From contig NC_058382.1 of assembly GCF_018350175.1 (NCBI RefSeq), forward strand, positions 60,204,001 to 60,268,000: a stretch of DNA of 64,000 bases, read 5' to 3'. The stretch is from Felis catus. Lineage: Eukaryota. The position numbers were made by a program, and so were the translations under genes. Below, piece by piece: positions 63,283 through 64,000 of the stretch (positions are counted from its first letter, which is position 1; each line of letters starts with the position of its first letter). Below the pieces are notes generated by a model. That model had not been told where the DNA came from. It searched no databases and saw nothing but the letters and a program-made list of their open reading frames with translations.

Positions 63283-63478
63283 ATTTTATTATTGTTATTT
63301 TAGAGAGAGTGTGAGTGGGTGGGGGAGAGGGGCAGAGGGAGAGAGAGAGAATCCCAAGCAGGCTCCACACTCAGCATAGAGGCTAACACGGGTCTCAATC
63401 CCATGAGCCTGGGATCATGACCTGAGTCGAAATCAAGAGTGGGACCCTCAACCTACTGAGCCCCCCAGGCACCCCCCC
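63283..63478 (-). mobile_element. Can-SINE (short-body type)
   Basis: gagaatcccaagcaggctccacactcagc…gggatcatgacctgag…actgagccccccaggcacccc. Confidence 0.95.
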
Positions 63479-64000
63479 CACACACATACACACACTGGTG
63501 GGTCCTAGAGTCTAAACTTTGCTTCTCCAGGGCCCTCCGCACAACCCATTTCCACCTAACCCCAGAACTTACCGCATCACCTGTGGGGAAAACCGGCTAG
63601 TCCTTCCAACGCCCTACGTCGCCGCTAAAAGTTCCACTGATTCTCTGTCCCTAGTGGGGATACCCTCTGGGTGCGGCGCCACACGGCTCTCAGCCTCCCG
63701 CCAGCGCCACAAGCGACAGGTGCCCCCAGAACCCAAGCAGGTGCAGGTGGCTCTCCTCGCTGGTCCCCCTTCTCTAAGCCCATCCTCCCGACGCCCTCCA
63801 GCAGGCGGCCCCTTGCCCTGGAGAGCTCTCTGGTTGTTCTCAGCGGGAATCATGGCCTCGCGCTAGCTCTCATTCCCGCCTACAGCCTGTTACCGGGATT
63901 CTGAAGCGGGCGCCTCCACAGGCTCTCTGATGGGTGCGCCCTTCGGGAGGCGGGAAATGCCCGCAACGCGCGCCAGATCTCACGCCCGCCCGCTGTGCTG

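Noticed and set aside
1..64000. Assignment to a named gene or locus
   Set aside because: No exon was recognised; this needs BLAST or BLAT against the cat genome

Overview
Eukaryotic (mammalian) genomic DNA. About 16 tRNA-derived Can-SINEs carry the feliform-type body (…gacagctcggagcctggagcctgcttcggattctgtgtctccc…), so the source is probably cat or another felid. Most of the window is very GC- and CpG-rich, as in a subtelomeric isochore. It turns AT-rich only over L1 blocks at about 32-34 kb and 55.6-63.3 kb. I recognise no protein-coding exon, rRNA, real tRNA or CRISPR array. The ORF track reflects GC-rich chance ORFs, minisatellite translations and decayed L1 ORF2 pieces. The window looks like a large intron or gene desert. 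It contains (i) Can-SINEs, (ii) old eutherian repeats (L1M/HAL1, L2, MIR, MLT1/MLT2 LTRs, MER3/MER5), often nested and shifted towards G/C, (iii) two minisatellites (36-bp and 24-bp units), and (iv) several non-repeat, motif-dense islands that look like enhancers, plus a CTCF-bearing CpG-rich element near 13.5 kb. The most unusual item is a heavily decayed RTE-like reverse-transcriptase fossil at about 23.1-23.9 kb (minus strand). I found no convincing evidence of a new biological system. Repeat family names come from remembered consensus sequences and boundaries are approximate.
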